A stretch of DNA of 21,001 bases from Octopus sinensis (lineage: Eukaryota). The notes under the pieces were generated by a model. That model was given only the letters and a program-made list of their open reading frames with translations, had not been told where the DNA came from and did not search any database. Location of the stretch: the NCBI RefSeq assembly GCF_006345805.1, contig NW_021823881.1, positions 1 to 21,001 on the forward strand. The letters run 5' to 3'. Shown here one piece after another: positions 19,888 through 21,001 of the stretch (positions are counted from its first letter, which is position 1; each line of letters opens with the position of its first letter). A program made the translations under genes and the position numbers.

Positions 19888-21001
19888 GAGGCATACCTCG
19901 GCTTAAGTCGTTTCGATTTAAGTCGTTCTCGAATATACGTCGGTTTTCAAAAATAATATATGGAAAAATAAAAATCAAGTTAAGGCATTTTACTGGACTT
20001 TACGTCTGTCCACCTCAAATATTGGAATCCTAAAATCACTAGAAAACCGTTAAAAGCACATAAAATCATGTTACTGTACAATAAATAGGAATAAACGCAT
20101 ATAAAATCATATTAAAATACGTACAGTAAATGTTAAGATACACGCCATAAAGTAGTGTAGCTTAGTGAACGATATCATGAAATCAGTTGTGTTGTCTTAT
20201 TTATCGGTCTTTCGGGGCTCATATTGCTCTATAGTTCCAATATCTACCGCTAGGCGTCGTTGTCACTCGTGATTCCCGCGATTGTTTTGAATTCAGATTT
20301 GTTTACGTCTGTTTATCGGCTACTTTCTCATTCTCATTCATTTGTGACTCTATTTTTTGCTCCAATGTCTCCTAAGAAAATCCACAGTGAAAGTGCTAAG
20401 CGTCACGCTATAACGCTGGGAGATAAACTGGCTATGATAAAACGCCATGGAAATGGTGAAAAAGTGGTAGCAATTGCACGGATGAACCGGACAACCCTAT
20501 CGACGATTGAACATAATAAGGACAAGATTTTAGGCTGTACAGAACATAGCATCGGCATGGAATGATGTACAGAGCACGGCTATGAATGGTGTATGGAAGA
20601 AGCTATGCCTGCAATTTGTGAATGATTTTAAGGGGTTTAATAATGTTTGCCATCAACAAAACGTTGGTGATGATGAGCAAAGGGCTGGAAATGGATTTGG
20701 ATGAGAAGGATTTCACAAATATATTTGAAAAAGACAAGCAGCTCCTGACGAAAGAGAATTTTATAGAGCTTCATGAGCAGCAAAATAAAGAAGAGGAAGT
20801 CAAACATCGGCCACGTCAACTTACCTTTAAGAAAATGCAGCGAGCATTTGCATATATCGAAAAAGGTATTTCTATGTTCAAGGATGTGGATTCAAATGTT
20901 CAGCGCTTTTCCAAGATTATGGGGAATTGTCACGAAGCTTTTGCTCCTTATAATGTAATCCTTGAGGAAAAGAAGAAGACAGTTCAAAGAAGGCGACTGA
21001 A
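19888..21001 (+). mobile_element. pogo/Tigger-family DNA transposon, internally deleted, runs off the window
   Basis: Left end AGGCATACCTCG resembles the Tigger TIR CAGGCATACCTCG; subterminal TTAAGTCG repeats; transposase remnant downstream. Confidence 0.85.
20365..21001 (+). pseudogene. Tigger/pogo transposase remnant: N-terminal HTH-psq joined to the C-terminal region
   Basis: MSPKK..KRHAITLGDKLAMIKRHGNGEKVVAIARMNRTTLSTIEHNKDKI (CENP-B-type N-terminal HTH), then out of frame NIASAWNDVQSTAMNGVWKKLCLQFVNDFKGF and, after another shift, ..LTKENFIELHE..YNVILEEKKK. Confidence 0.9.

Noticed and set aside
18368-19978. ORFs of 60-167 aa
   Set aside because: Dominated by TA, TCTA, CA and T-rich low complexity; no recognisable protein features

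Overview
AT-rich, repeat-saturated eukaryotic DNA with no intact protein-coding gene. Nearly all ORFs in the supplied track are translations of microsatellites. The mix of microsatellites and tRNA-derived SINEs suggests a cephalopod (Octopus-like) intergenic or intronic region; this is an inference from recalled repeat types, not a database result. Contents: three SINE families (called A, B and C here), a CR1-group LINE 3' end, an L1/Tx1-type RT fragment, decayed DNA transposons (DD37D/maT-like, Tc1-like, pogo/Tigger), a mariner-type mini-element and a TTAA-flanked MITE. The most notable signal is a set of hammerhead-ribozyme (HHR)-like motifs. One (minus strand, 3360-3422) has all conserved core nucleotides and three complementary helices, but its strands are connected in a non-canonical order. 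It lies inside a 903-bp non-coding element with an exact 81-bp terminal direct repeat. Also seen: a LINE/SINE shared 3' tail with a covarying hairpin, a 90-bp AT-rich palindrome split by a SINE, and modular or tandem SINE structures.
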